Positions 1-8,772 of a stretch of DNA of 64,000 nucleotides are shown piece by piece. Source of the stretch: an uncultured Gemmatimonadaceae bacterium (GTDB taxonomy: Bacteria > Gemmatimonadota > Gemmatimonadetes > Gemmatimonadales > Gemmatimonadaceae); contig CAWHHI010000016.1 in the NCBI GenBank assembly GCA_963829055.1, positions 960,001 through 1,024,000 on the forward strand, read 5' to 3'. The notes beneath the pieces were generated by a model that was not told the origin of the DNA, searched no databases, and saw nothing but the letters and a program-made list of their open reading frames with translations. Both the position numbers and the translations under genes were made by a program. Each line of letters begins with the position of its first letter. Positions within the stretch are counted from its first letter, which is position 1.

Positions 1-275
1 AACGGCGAAAACACTGGAAGGCCTAACGCGCCGGCGACCAGGTACAGCACCATGCTCGCTGCGCCGGCGACCGGCCCGAGCCACATGCCAGCAAGGACGA
101 CGACGAGCGGCTGCAGTGTGATGGGCACCGGCGTTCCCGGAATCGGCAACGCGACCTGCGACGCGAGCGCAAGCGCGATGGCGAAGCCGGCGATGCCGAT
201 TGCGGTGACGCTCGCGGGGCGCGTGACAGCGAGCGTACCGGCGCTCGTGCTGGTCCTGCCGGTGTTGCTCGTCAT
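1..275 (-). CDS. bioY: Biotin transporter BioY (partial, runs off window start)
   Basis: Manual translation from ATG at 275: MTSNTG...[33 protein letters not shown]...[12 protein letters not shown], the typical BioY PVPITLQ...GLPVF pattern. Start overlaps the thiolase stop (TGATG). Confidence 0.85.
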   Translation of the reverse strand, partial: MTSNTGRTSTSAGTLAVTRPASVTAIGIAGFAIALALASQVALPIPGTPVPITLQPLVVVLAGMWLGPVAGAASMVLYLVAGALGLPVFSP

Positions 276-1486
276 CAGTTCACGCGCTCCACGCTGAGGG
301 CCACCGCGTCTCCGCCGCCGAGGCAGAGCGTCGCCAGGCCACGTTCCTTGTCGCGATCCTCGAGAGCGTACAGCAACGTCGTGAGCACGCGCGCGCCGCT
401 CGCGCCGATCGGGTGGCCGAGCGCGATCGCGCCGCCGTTCACGTTCACGCGATCCCAATCCCATTCCAGCTGATCACCATCCGCCAGCGCCTGCGATGCG
501 AACGCCTCGTTCGCTTCGATCAGGTCGAAATCATTGATCGACAACCCGGACTTTGCCATCAGCTTGCGCACCGCGAGCACCGGCGCGAAGAACAGTTCCT
601 GCGGAGCGACGGCGCCGGTTCCGTAGCCCGTGACGCGCGCCATGATCGTTAGGCCGTGTGCGCGCGCATACTCCTCGCTCGTGACCACGAGCGCAGCGGC
701 GCCATCGTTGAGCCCCGGTGCATTTCCGGCGGTCACCGTGAGACCGTCCGTCGAGCCGGACTTCGGCGGGAACGCGGGTCGGAGCTTCGCGAGCGCCTCG
801 AGCGACGTGTCCTTTCGTGGTCCCTCGTCGGTGTCGACGGTCGTCGGTCCCTTTCGCCCCGGGATCTGCACGGGGACGATCTCGGCTTTGAACTTCCCTG
901 CCTCGATCGCGGCGACAGCCCGCTGGTGCGACGTGAGCGCGAACTGGTCCTGACGCTCACGCGTGATCTCGGCCTTCCGCGCCGTGTACTCGGCGTGCGA
1001 GCCCATGTGTACGTCGCAGAACGAACACCAGAGTCCGTCCTTGATCATACCATCGACGAGCGTCTGATCGCCCGCCTTCACGCCATTGCGCATGCCGTAC
1101 ATGTAGTACGGTGCGTTGGACATTGATTCCTGTCCGCCGGCGATGATGACGTCGAGGTCGCCGGCCTTGATCGCCTGCGAGGCAAGCATCACCGCCTGCA
1201 GTCCGGAACCGCAGACCTTGTTGATCGTTGTGGCCGAGACGGACGACGGAACGCCGGACTTGAGCGCGGCCTGGCGAGCGGGAGCCTGACCTACCCCGCC
1301 CTGAATGACGTTGCCCATGATGACTTCTTCAATGTCATCGATGTTCACGCCCGAGCGACGCACAGCCTCGCGGATGGCGATGGCGCCGAGCTCTGGCGCG
1401 GTGAGCGGCGAAAGACCGCCGAGAAATCGCCCAATGGGCGTGCGAGTCGCCGCGACGATGACCGGCGTGCGAGATGTATCAGCCAT
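275..1486 (-). CDS. Acetyl-CoA C-acetyltransferase (thiolase)
   Basis: NKVCGSG active-site Cys, [12 protein letters not shown] and CLGGG thiolase motifs. Confidence 0.95.
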   Translation of the reverse strand: MADTSRTPVIVAATRTPIGRFLGGLSPLTAPELGAIAIREAVRRSGVNIDDIEEVIMGNVIQGGVGQAPARQAALKSGVPSSVSATTINKVCGSGLQAVMLASQAIKAGDLDVIIAGGQESMSNAPYYMYGMRNGVKAGDQTLVDGMIKDGLWCSFCDVHMGSHAEYTARKAEITRERQDQFALTSHQRAVAAIEAGKFKAEIVPVQIPGRKGPTTVDTDEGPRKDTSLEALAKLRPAFPPKSGSTDGLTVTAGNAPGLNDGAAALVVTSEEYARAHGLTIMARVTGYGTGAVAPQELFFAPVLAVRKLMAKSGLSINDFDLIEANEAFASQALADGDQLEWDWDRVNVNGGAIALGHPIGASGARVLTTLLYALEDRDKERGLATLCLGGGDAVALSVERVN

Positions 1487-1502
1487 GAAAGCGAGTCTCT
1501 AG

Positions 1503-1534
1503 AAAAAGGGGCTGACGCACGTGGCGTCAGCCCC
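1503..1534 (-). terminator. Intrinsic terminator-like hairpin downstream of the TonB-dependent receptor
   Basis: Minus strand reads GGGGCTGACGC-CACGT-GCGTCAGCCCC followed by CTTTTT. Confidence 0.7.
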
Positions 1535-1573
1535 AGAAAGCTATTGAGAAGGTCAAGCGTCTGGAATCGCTGT

Positions 1574-1602
1574 CGTCATTCCGAGCGAAGTCGAGGAACG
1601 AC
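1574..1602. repeat. CGTC-type REP-like element (half copy)
   Basis: CGTCATTCCGAGCGAAGTCGAGGAA; same family as 4421-4553 and 19737-19845. Confidence 0.6.
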
Positions 1603-1607
1603 AACCG

Positions 1608-4321
1608 TCAAAAGCCGTAGCTCACCTTCGCCCACAGGAAGCGCCCGTTGAACCCGAACGGCGAGATGCCGCTGTACGGGATTCATGCCGAAGTTCGCGT
1701 TGCCGGCGTAGTTCCGCGTGATATCGCCGTTGTCGCTCTGCACGTCGGGATAGATATCGAACACGTTATCCGCGCCCACGCTGAACGTCACGCGGTTGAG
1801 AACCTTGTACGACCCGCTCACGTCCGTCACCCACTTGGCCGAGAACGTCTGATCGGGCGGCTGGTTCGTGGCGGCGGCGATCTGACGGTTCGTCACCTCT
1901 CCGAATCGTTGCGTGCGGACGACGCCGCCAAAGACGCCCTTCGTGTAGTTCGCCGAGAGCAGCAGATTGTCGCGCGGTTGCGCTTCCTCGATGCGTCCAC
2001 GCTCCGCTCGGCCGAACAGCGCTTCGCCGAAACCGGAGAGCTCGGGCGGCGTCGGAATGACATCCGTGACGTTGGTCTTCGTGTGGTTGTAGCCGCCCGT
2101 GAGCCGCAGCACGCCGTTCCGACGGAAATCGATGCCATAGTTCGTGACGACATCGACGCCCTTCGTGCGCGTGTCGATCGCGTTCGTGAAGTAGCGCGCG
2201 CCCGCCACGTTGTTCAGCCCAATGGCCGCGAGTCGTGCCTGGATCGCCGCGCCGATGAAGTTCTCGGAGAAGACGATGCGGTCATTGATCCCGATGTCGT
2301 AGTAGTCGACGCTGACGGAGAATCGCGACGACGGATCGTAGGTCACTCCAGCGCTGTAGTTGGTCGACTTCTCCGGCTTGAGCGGCTTCGCGCCGAGTGC
2401 CTTCGCGCCATCGGTGCTGACCGGCAACGTGAGGATCTCGAGGAATTGCCCATTCACGAGGTTCGTCGCCGTGGACGAGAAGAACGATTGTCCAAGCGAA
2501 GGCGCTCGGAAGCCGCTGTTGAAGGCGCCGCGCACCGCGAGCTCCGGAGTGATGGCGAAACGTGCGGTCACCTTGGCTGTCGTCGTCGAGCCGAAGTCGT
2601 TGTAGTCCTCGAACCGGCCGGCGAGGCCGACCAACAGCCGCGACGTGACGTCACTCTCCAGGTCGACGTAGAGCGCGTAGTTGTTGCGCGTCGCATCCTG
2701 CTCGTCTGTCGGACGGAAACCCGGGAAGCCCTGCGCGCCCGGCGCGGGTAGTACCGTCGCACTGCCCGCGTTAGGTCCGTCGAGAATGCGCTGCCCGCCG
2801 TTGATCCACGACGCGTCGTCGCCCGCCTTGATCTGGTAATTGTCCCAACGGAACTCGGCGCCCGCCGCGGTGCGAATCGGCCGACCTTCGCCCAGGCTGA
2901 GCTGCTTGAAGAAATCGAGATTGGTCGTGGACTGCGCGAACACGAGGCCGCCGGCATCGAAATCCCGCGGGCTCGACGCGCCCATTGACGCGTTGTTGCT
3001 GTTCGCGACGTCGTAGTGCAGCGAGTTCCGCCCGAAGACCGAGCTCGCGTCCCATTGCCAGCCGCCGACCGTTCCCTTGGCGCCGATAGTGCCGGAGGCG
3101 TCCCAGATGTTCGTCTCGATCAGTGGCAGAAATCCATTCGGCCACAGCGCGCGCACCGTGTTGTTGCCGTTAGGCAGCCGCCAGTTCGCCGCCGACTCGC
3201 CATCGCGTCTGGCTCGCGCCGCCGAACGAGTACAGCTCGATGCCGCGCGCCGTCGTGTAGGAGCCGTTGAACATTCCCATCACGTCCTTCGTCGCCGCAT
3301 CGCCCAGACGAAGCGTCACGCGCTTCGGGTCATTGTTGCGCGGATCGCCGGCGAAGTACTGCTGACGCGGGTCGATGCCCGCGCGATTCGTGAAGCCGCG
3401 GTCCCGGTACTCGACGCCCGCGTGGAAGTAGTTCTGCTGGCCGAACACACTGCCGGCATTCGCCTGCAGGTGGGCAACCTCACCATCGTTCTCTGACGTA
3501 TGCCCCAGAGTCGCCGCCGCTTCGCCTGGCGTGCTTCCCTTCAACACGATGTTGATCACGCCAGCGATGGCATCCGAGCCGTACTGCGCCGCGGCGCCAT
3601 CGCGCAGGACCTCGATGCGCTCGATCATCGACGCCGGGATGGCGTTGAGGTCGACGCCGGTCGAGCCGCGACCGACCGTGCCGTTCACGTTGACGAGCGC
3701 GCTGTTGTGCCGACGCTTGCCGTTGACGAGCACCAGTACCTGGTCGGGCCCGAGGCCGCGCAGCGTCGCTGGCCTGACGTGATCCGAGCCGTCCGCGATG
3801 GACGGGCGCGGGAAGTTGAACGACGGCGCGAGCATCTGCAGGATCTGGTTCGTCTCGGTGCGGCCGGACGAGACAATGTCCGCCGACGTCAGCACGTCGA
3901 TGGGCACCGGCGACTCCGTGACCGTGCGCGCCTCGCCGCGCGTGCCGACGACCGCCAGCGCCTCGAGCGTGGTTGGCGAGCGCTCGAGCGCGAAGTCCTT
4001 CGTGACGGTCTGGCCGGCGGTGACGGTTACGCTGTCGTGCGTGCCGGTCCAGCCGATGAACCGCACGCGGAGCTCGTACCTGCCGGGCCGCAGCACGACG
4101 CGATACGTGCCGTCCGTCCGGCTCAGCGCGCCCGACTGCGTGCCGGTGACGAAGATCGTCGCGCCCGCAAGCGGTTGGACGCCATCAATGGCGGTGATCT
4201 TTCCCGCGACGACTCCCGACGCCTCCTGGGCGAGCGCCGGAGCGGGAGCTCCGAAAGCGAGCGCGCCTAACGAGCCGGCGAGCCCGAGAACGCGTGCGTG
4301 CAGACATTGGACGACATGCAT
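1608..4321 (-). CDS. TonB-dependent receptor with N-terminal carboxypeptidase-regulatory-like domain (frameshifted near 3208 and 1680)
   Basis: Plug motifs LRGLGPDQVLVLVNGKR and IERIEVLRDGAAAQYGSDAIAGVINIVL; barrel in the second ORF; corrected C-terminus GISPFGFNGRFLWAKVSYGF* ends in Phe. Confidence 0.9.
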
Positions 4322-4420
4322 GTGGACCTCTACGAATCGGGTGAAGCGTGCGACACCTCCGACCAGCAGCGGCGGAGGTCACTCATGGACCTAATGCTCG
4401 GTCGCCGCCGTGGCTAGAGC

Positions 4421-4553
4421 CGTCATTCCGAGCGAGGGTGTCATTCCGAGCGAGCGGAGCGAGTCGAGGAATCGTGCGTCGATAGAGGGCGCTCTACGCG
4501 ACGATCGCTCGGCCGACCGCTCGGATGCAGCCGCTGGCGCTCGTCGGAATGAC
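4421..4553. repeat. CGTC-type REP/palindromic element
   Basis: Tandem GTCATTCCGAGCGAG starts at 4422 and 4440, internal GAGGAATC, terminal inverted repeat TCGGAATGAC at 4544-4553. Confidence 0.7.
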
Positions 4554-5441
4554 TCACCCGCCCGCGAGCCAGTTTGTGGCGATCGGCCAGCCGTGTTCCG
4601 CAGCCGCCTCTCGAAAGAATCCGAAGTGTTCGACCTTGGCGAGGCCGAGCGAACGCGCGGTGATGTGGCGATGCTCCACACGAGCATTCGAGTAGAACGG
4701 GAGCAGCGCATCCACCGCTCGACGCGGCGCGAACGTGTGGTCGTCGTCGAAGCTCAACGCCAGGATCGGCCCGCGGTACTGCGCGAACCGTTGCGCGGCG
4801 TCGCCGCCGATGGCCGCGACGAGCGCGCCAGGCGATCTGCACCACGCGGCCCAGTCCAGCGCCACTCCCTTCGGCAGGTCCTCGCCGAGGCCGACCTTGC
4901 GGCTCGGGAAGTACCCGAGTGCGTGCGAAGTCGCAGGCATGATGAGCGTCCAGAGCGCGCACAACACCCAGCGTTCGCGGTGTCCCCACAACCCCCAGTA
5001 GTTGTGCTGCGCCGCGACCATCAGCACGCGGCTCACGGGACTCGGGTCTCGAAGCAATCCGAAGATCTGCCCACCGACGCTGTGGCCGACGAGCAGCAGT
5101 GGGACGTCCGGTTGCCAGGCGGCCGCATACGCTACCACCGCGGGCTGATCGACCTCGCCCCACTCGCGCATGGACGCGACGAACCCGCGCAGCGTGCGCG
5201 GACGCGATCCTCCGATCCCTCGATAGTCGTACGTGACGACGGCGAATCCGGAGGAGGCAAGGTGCAGCGCGAAGCTGTCGTAGTACCGCCGCCTGACGCC
5301 GGTCGCGGCGTTGATGATCACGACGCCGCTGGGCGCGCGCTCGGGAGCGTACGTCGTCGCGGCGATGGAGAACCCGTCGGCCGCGGTGATGCGAACGTCC
5401 CTGGACCGCGCCCACCGGTGCGGCACGCCTAACGTGTCCAT
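4554..5441 (-). CDS. Alpha/beta-fold hydrolase
   Basis: DYRGIGGS and GHSVGG nucleophile elbow; C-terminal HFGFF. Confidence 0.85.
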   Translation of the reverse strand: MDTLGVPHRWARSRDVRITAADGFSIAATTYAPERAPSGVVIINAATGVRRRYYDSFALHLASSGFAVVTYDYRGIGGSRPRTLRGFVASMREWGEVDQPAVVAYAAAWQPDVPLLLVGHSVGGQIFGLLRDPSPVSRVLMVAAQHNYWGLWGHRERWVLCALWTLIMPATSHALGYFPSRKVGLGEDLPKGVALDWAAWCRSPGALVAAIGGDAAQRFAQYRGPILALSFDDDHTFAPRRAVDALLPFYSNARVEHRHITARSLGLAKVEHFGFFREAAAEHGWPIATNWLAGG

Positions 5442-5463
5442 ACCTCCCCGCGGCCGACCCTGT

Positions 5464-5491
5464 CTGTTCCCTGTTCCCTGGTCCCGGTTCC
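5464..5491. repeat. Heptamer tandem repeat (CTGTTCC-like x4) just past the thrS stop
   Basis: ctgttcc ctgttcc ctggtcc cggttcc. Confidence 0.7.
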
Positions 5492-5495
5492 CCGT

Positions 5496-7436
5496 CTACG
5501 CCGTCCCCGCTTCGAGCTTGAGCGATCTGGATTTCACCTCCGCCAGCACCTTCGCGATGAATGCATCGACGGCCAGCGGAGCCGGCTTCTGCTCCTTCCC
5601 CGCCCCGCGCACGTTGATGGCGACCATGTCGCTCTCGGCCTCACGCTTTCCGATCACCGCGAGATACGGGACCTTCATGCGCACGCCTTCAGCGATCTTG
5701 TACTTGAGCGTCTCCGATCGCGTATCCGAATGCGCGCGGATGCCGGCGTCGCGCATGCGACGGGTCACCGCTTCGGCGACCGCCGCCTGGTCATCCGTGA
5801 TCGGCACCACGCGCACCTGCTCCGGCGACAGCCACGTCGGGAACGCACCAGCGAAGTGCTCGATGAGAATCGCCATGAAGCGCTCGAACGAGCCGCTCAC
5901 CGCGCGGTGGATGATCACCGGGCGATGCGCGGCATTGTCCTCGCCGACGTACGACAGATCGAACCGCTCGGGGTTCGCGTAGTCGAGCTGGATCGTCCCC
6001 AGCTGCCACGCCCGGCCTAACGAGTCGGTGACGTCGAAGTCGATCTTCGGTCCGTAGAACGCGCCATCACCGGCCTTGAGCTCGTACGGACGCCCCGTGG
6101 CATCGAGCGCCGCCTTGAGCGCGCCTTCGGCCTGATCCCACATCTCGTCGGTACCTACGCGGACCTCGGGACGCGTCGCGAACTTGAGCGTCGCCTCGAG
6201 GCCGAACGTGCGGTAGTAGCCGAGGATGAAGGACATGAGCTGGTGCACTTCCTCGGTGATCTGCCGTTCCATGAGGAAGATGTGGCAATCGTCCTGCTGG
6301 AACTGCCTGACGCGGGTGAGACCCGACAGCGCGCCGGACAGCTCGTTGCGATGCAGCACGTCGTACGTGTTGTACCGCAGCGGCAGCGTGCGGTACGAGT
6401 GCTTCTTCGACTGATACAACAGGTAATGCGACGGGCAATTCATCGGCTTGAGCGAGAAGTCGTGCTCCTTCGTCTCGTTGTCGAGCACGAGGAACATGTT
6501 CTCGCGGTACTTGCCCCAGTGCCCGGAGATCTCCCACAACGCCTTGTTGTACAGCAGCGGCGTCTTGACTTCGTGATAGCCGTCGCGCTGGAGCTCGCGC
6601 AGATAATCATTGATCGCATTGACCATGATCGTGCCGCGCTCCGTCCAGAACGCCGCGCCCGGCGCGTACTGATGGAACATGAACAGGTCGAGCTGCTTGC
6701 CGAGCACACGATGGTCGCGCCGCTTCGCCTCCTCGATGCGGAAGAGGTAGGCGTCGAGGTCCTCCTTCTTCCACCACGCGGTCGCGTAGATACGCTGGAG
6801 CTGCTGCCGCTTCACGTCGCCGCGCCAGTAGGCCGGCGAGGCGTGAAGAATCTTGAAATGCTTGAGGTACGACGTGTCCTGCACGTGCGGGCCACGGCAC
6901 AGATCGATGAACGGTCCATCGGTGTAGGTCGAGATCACCTCGTCCGGACCAAGGTCCTCGATGCGCTCGAGCTTGAGCGGATCATCGGCGAATCGCTTGA
7001 GCGACTCCTCGCGTGAGACCTCCTCGCGCACGAACGGATACTTCTCCGCCACGACCTTCCGCATCTCGGCCTCGAACGTTGCGAGGTCATCGGGCGTGAA
7101 TGGTTCGGGGACTTCGAAGTCGTAGTAGAAGCCGTCCTCGATCGCGGGGCCGAATCCGATCTTCGCATCGGGGCGCAGGCGACGGACGGCCGTCGCGAGA
7201 ATGTGCGCGGCCGAGTGGCGGAGCACGGCGAGCGATCGCGGATCCTTCTCCGTGATGACCGTGAACGCGCCGCCGCTCCGGATGGGCGTCATGAGGTCCT
7301 GCACGTTACCGTCGATGGAAACGGCGATCGCGTCGCGGAGGAGTCGCGACCCGATGGATGCGACGACGTCGCGGGCGAGGGTACCCGCTTCGACTTCGCG
7401 GGTGGCGCCATCGGGCAGTGTCAAAAGGATGGACAT
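5496..7436 (-). CDS. thrS: Threonine--tRNA ligase
   Basis: TGS domain, RHSAAH, DLCRGPH, KPMNCP, LTRVRQFQQD, GAFYGPKID, HRAVSGSFERF. Confidence 0.98.
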   Translation of the reverse strand: MSILLTLPDGATREVEAGTLARDVVASIGSRLLRDAIAVSIDGNVQDLMTPIRSGGAFTVITEKDPRSLAVLRHSAAHILATAVRRLRPDAKIGFGPAIEDGFYYDFEVPEPFTPDDLATFEAEMRKVVAEKYPFVREEVSREESLKRFADDPLKLERIEDLGPDEVISTYTDGPFIDLCRGPHVQDTSYLKHFKILHASPAYWRGDVKRQQLQRIYATAWWKKEDLDAYLFRIEEAKRRDHRVLGKQLDLFMFHQYAPGAAFWTERGTIMVNAINDYLRELQRDGYHEVKTPLLYNKALWEISGHWGKYRENMFLVLDNETKEHDFSLKPMNCPSHYLLYQSKKHSYRTLPLRYNTYDVLHRNELSGALSGLTRVRQFQQDDCHIFLMERQITEEVHQLMSFILGYYRTFGLEATLKFATRPEVRVGTDEMWDQAEGALKAALDATGRPYELKAGDGAFYGPKIDFDVTDSLGRAWQLGTIQLDYANPERFDLSYVGEDNAAHRPVIIHRAVSGSFERFMAILIEHFAGAFPTWLSPEQVRVVPITDDQAAVAEAVTRRMRDAGIRAHSDTRSETLKYKIAEGVRMKVPYLAVIGKREAESDMVAINVRGAGKEQKPAPLAVDAFIAKVLAEVKSRSLKLEAGTA

Positions 7437-7457
7437 CGGCGGTCGATAGATACGAGT

Positions 7458-7485
7458 GGGAACCGGGAACTGGAAACCGGGAACC
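7458..7485. repeat. Heptamer tandem repeat (GGGAACC-like x4) just upstream of thrS
   Basis: gggaacc gggaact ggaaacc gggaacc; reverse-complement type of the repeat at 5464-5491. Confidence 0.7.
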
Positions 7486-7607
7486 GATGGCGGCCGAAGG
7501 CCGTGACGGCGTCCGATTGATTCAGCATAGAAAGTGGTGTTTGCGAGCCTGGCGCGCGCGGAGAGCGCGGCGCGGTCAACGCGGACGGCGTGGCTTCGGC
7601 CGTCCGC

Positions 7608-7742
7608 TCAGCGCGTTCCGTCGAGCAGCGACGTGACCTGCGGCCCGTAACGGAAGTAGAGTACGAGCCCGGCAAAGAGCAGTACCACGAGCACTACCCA
7701 GGGGATCACGCGACCGATCGGAATGCGTTCTTGCGGCGGCAT
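7608..7742 (-). CDS. Putative 44-aa single-pass membrane protein (below the ORF-track cutoff)
   Basis: MPPQERIPIGRVIPWVVLVVLLFAGLVLYFRYGPQVTSLLDGTR*; followed by hairpin gcggacggc...gccgtccgc at 7581-7607. Confidence 0.55.
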   Translation of the reverse strand: MPPQERIPIGRVIPWVVLVVLLFAGLVLYFRYGPQVTSLLDGTR

Positions 7743-7849
7743 CGTGTGATACAGGGTAAGTACTAGGTGGCCTTCTTCTTGCGGCGGGGTCGCGCTACAC
7801 TCTCGCTCAAGTTATCGTAGGCTAACAACCTCCGCCACAGGTGCGTGTA

Positions 7850-8629
7850 ATGTCTCCGCTTCGCTATCGCGACGACGACTCTCAAACGAGCGGGCTGCTC
7901 TACCTCGCAGCAGGCGCCGTACTGGGCCTCGCCGCAGGACTCGTCGTCTCCGATCGCTTCGGAGGATTCTCTGCGCTCACATCCAAGCTCCGCGACCGCG
8001 TCAGCCGTGTTCGCGACGAGGATGTGGACGACGAAGAGTCGGATGCCGAGGTCGACGAGGACGAGGACGATGAGGCGCTCGAGGAACGTGTCCTCGAGGC
8101 TTTCCGCAACGATCCGTTGCTGAGCGAACGCGCCATCGACATTGGCGCCATCGGCGACGGCATCATCGAATTGACTGGCTGGGTGCACGAGCCCGACGAG
8201 GCGACGCACGCAGTCACCATTACCCGCGGCGTGCCCGGCGTCGAGACGGTCGTCAATCGACTCGACGTGCGGATCGCCGGCAGCGAGGATCTCATGGACG
8301 AGATCGATGACGACCCGAGCGCACCGCTTCCCGGCGGTCGCTGGGAAGGACAGCAGGTCGGCACCGGCCGGCGGCGCCAGGGCAACTCCTCGGAGGCCGA
8401 CCGCCACGCCGATCCGAAGCCTGAGCTGGAAGATCGCTGGCTAGGCAAGGAAGAAGCGCTTCGCGAAGCCGCCGGGGAGACCGAAGGCATCGCCGAGCGT
8501 CGTCGCAGCGCAAAGAAGACGCCGAAGGGCGACCGCACCGGCGGCTCGCCAATTTCGCCCACGGGCGTACCCAAAGCCGATCACGTAGCCGATCCCGATA
8601 CGGGCCCGGACTCCATGCGCGCAGACTGA
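7850..8629 (+). CDS. BON domain-containing membrane-anchored protein
   Basis: N-terminal TM, acidic linker, BON-like segment (LEERVLEAF...IELTGWV...GVETVVNRL). Confidence 0.8.
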   Translation: MSPLRYRDDDSQTSGLLYLAAGAVLGLAAGLVVSDRFGGFSALTSKLRDRVSRVRDEDVDDEESDAEVDEDEDDEALEERVLEAFRNDPLLSERAIDIGAIGDGIIELTGWVHEPDEATHAVTITRGVPGVETVVNRLDVRIAGSEDLMDEIDDDPSAPLPGGRWEGQQVGTGRRRQGNSSEADRHADPKPELEDRWLGKEEALREAAGETEGIAERRRSAKKTPKGDRTGGSPISPTGVPKADHVADPDTGPDSMRAD

Positions 8630-8655
8630 CGCGGACCGTTCCGCGACATGAGCCG

Positions 8656-8692
8656 ACGAGCCGCGAGCCCAGCCTCGCGGCTCGTTTTGTTT
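8656..8692 (+). terminator. Intrinsic terminator
   Basis: ACGAGCCGCGAG-loop-CTCGCGGCTCGT followed by TTTGTTT. Confidence 0.75.
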
Positions 8693-8772
8693 GCGTGCCA
8701 CTCAATGTCGGTCAACCTCAGTCAACGGCAGTCAACTTCCGACGCACTACTCCTCGACTAACTTCCGGTCCC

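Noticed and set aside
4322..4420. Riboswitch upstream of the TonB-dependent receptor
   Set aside because: Only a simple hairpin (ACCTCCG...CGGAGGT); I could not recognise cobalamin, TPP or other aptamer consensus.
7437..7607. T-box leader for thrS
   Set aside because: No T-box consensus (AAGGTGGCACCGCG-like) or terminator/antiterminator is visible on the minus strand.
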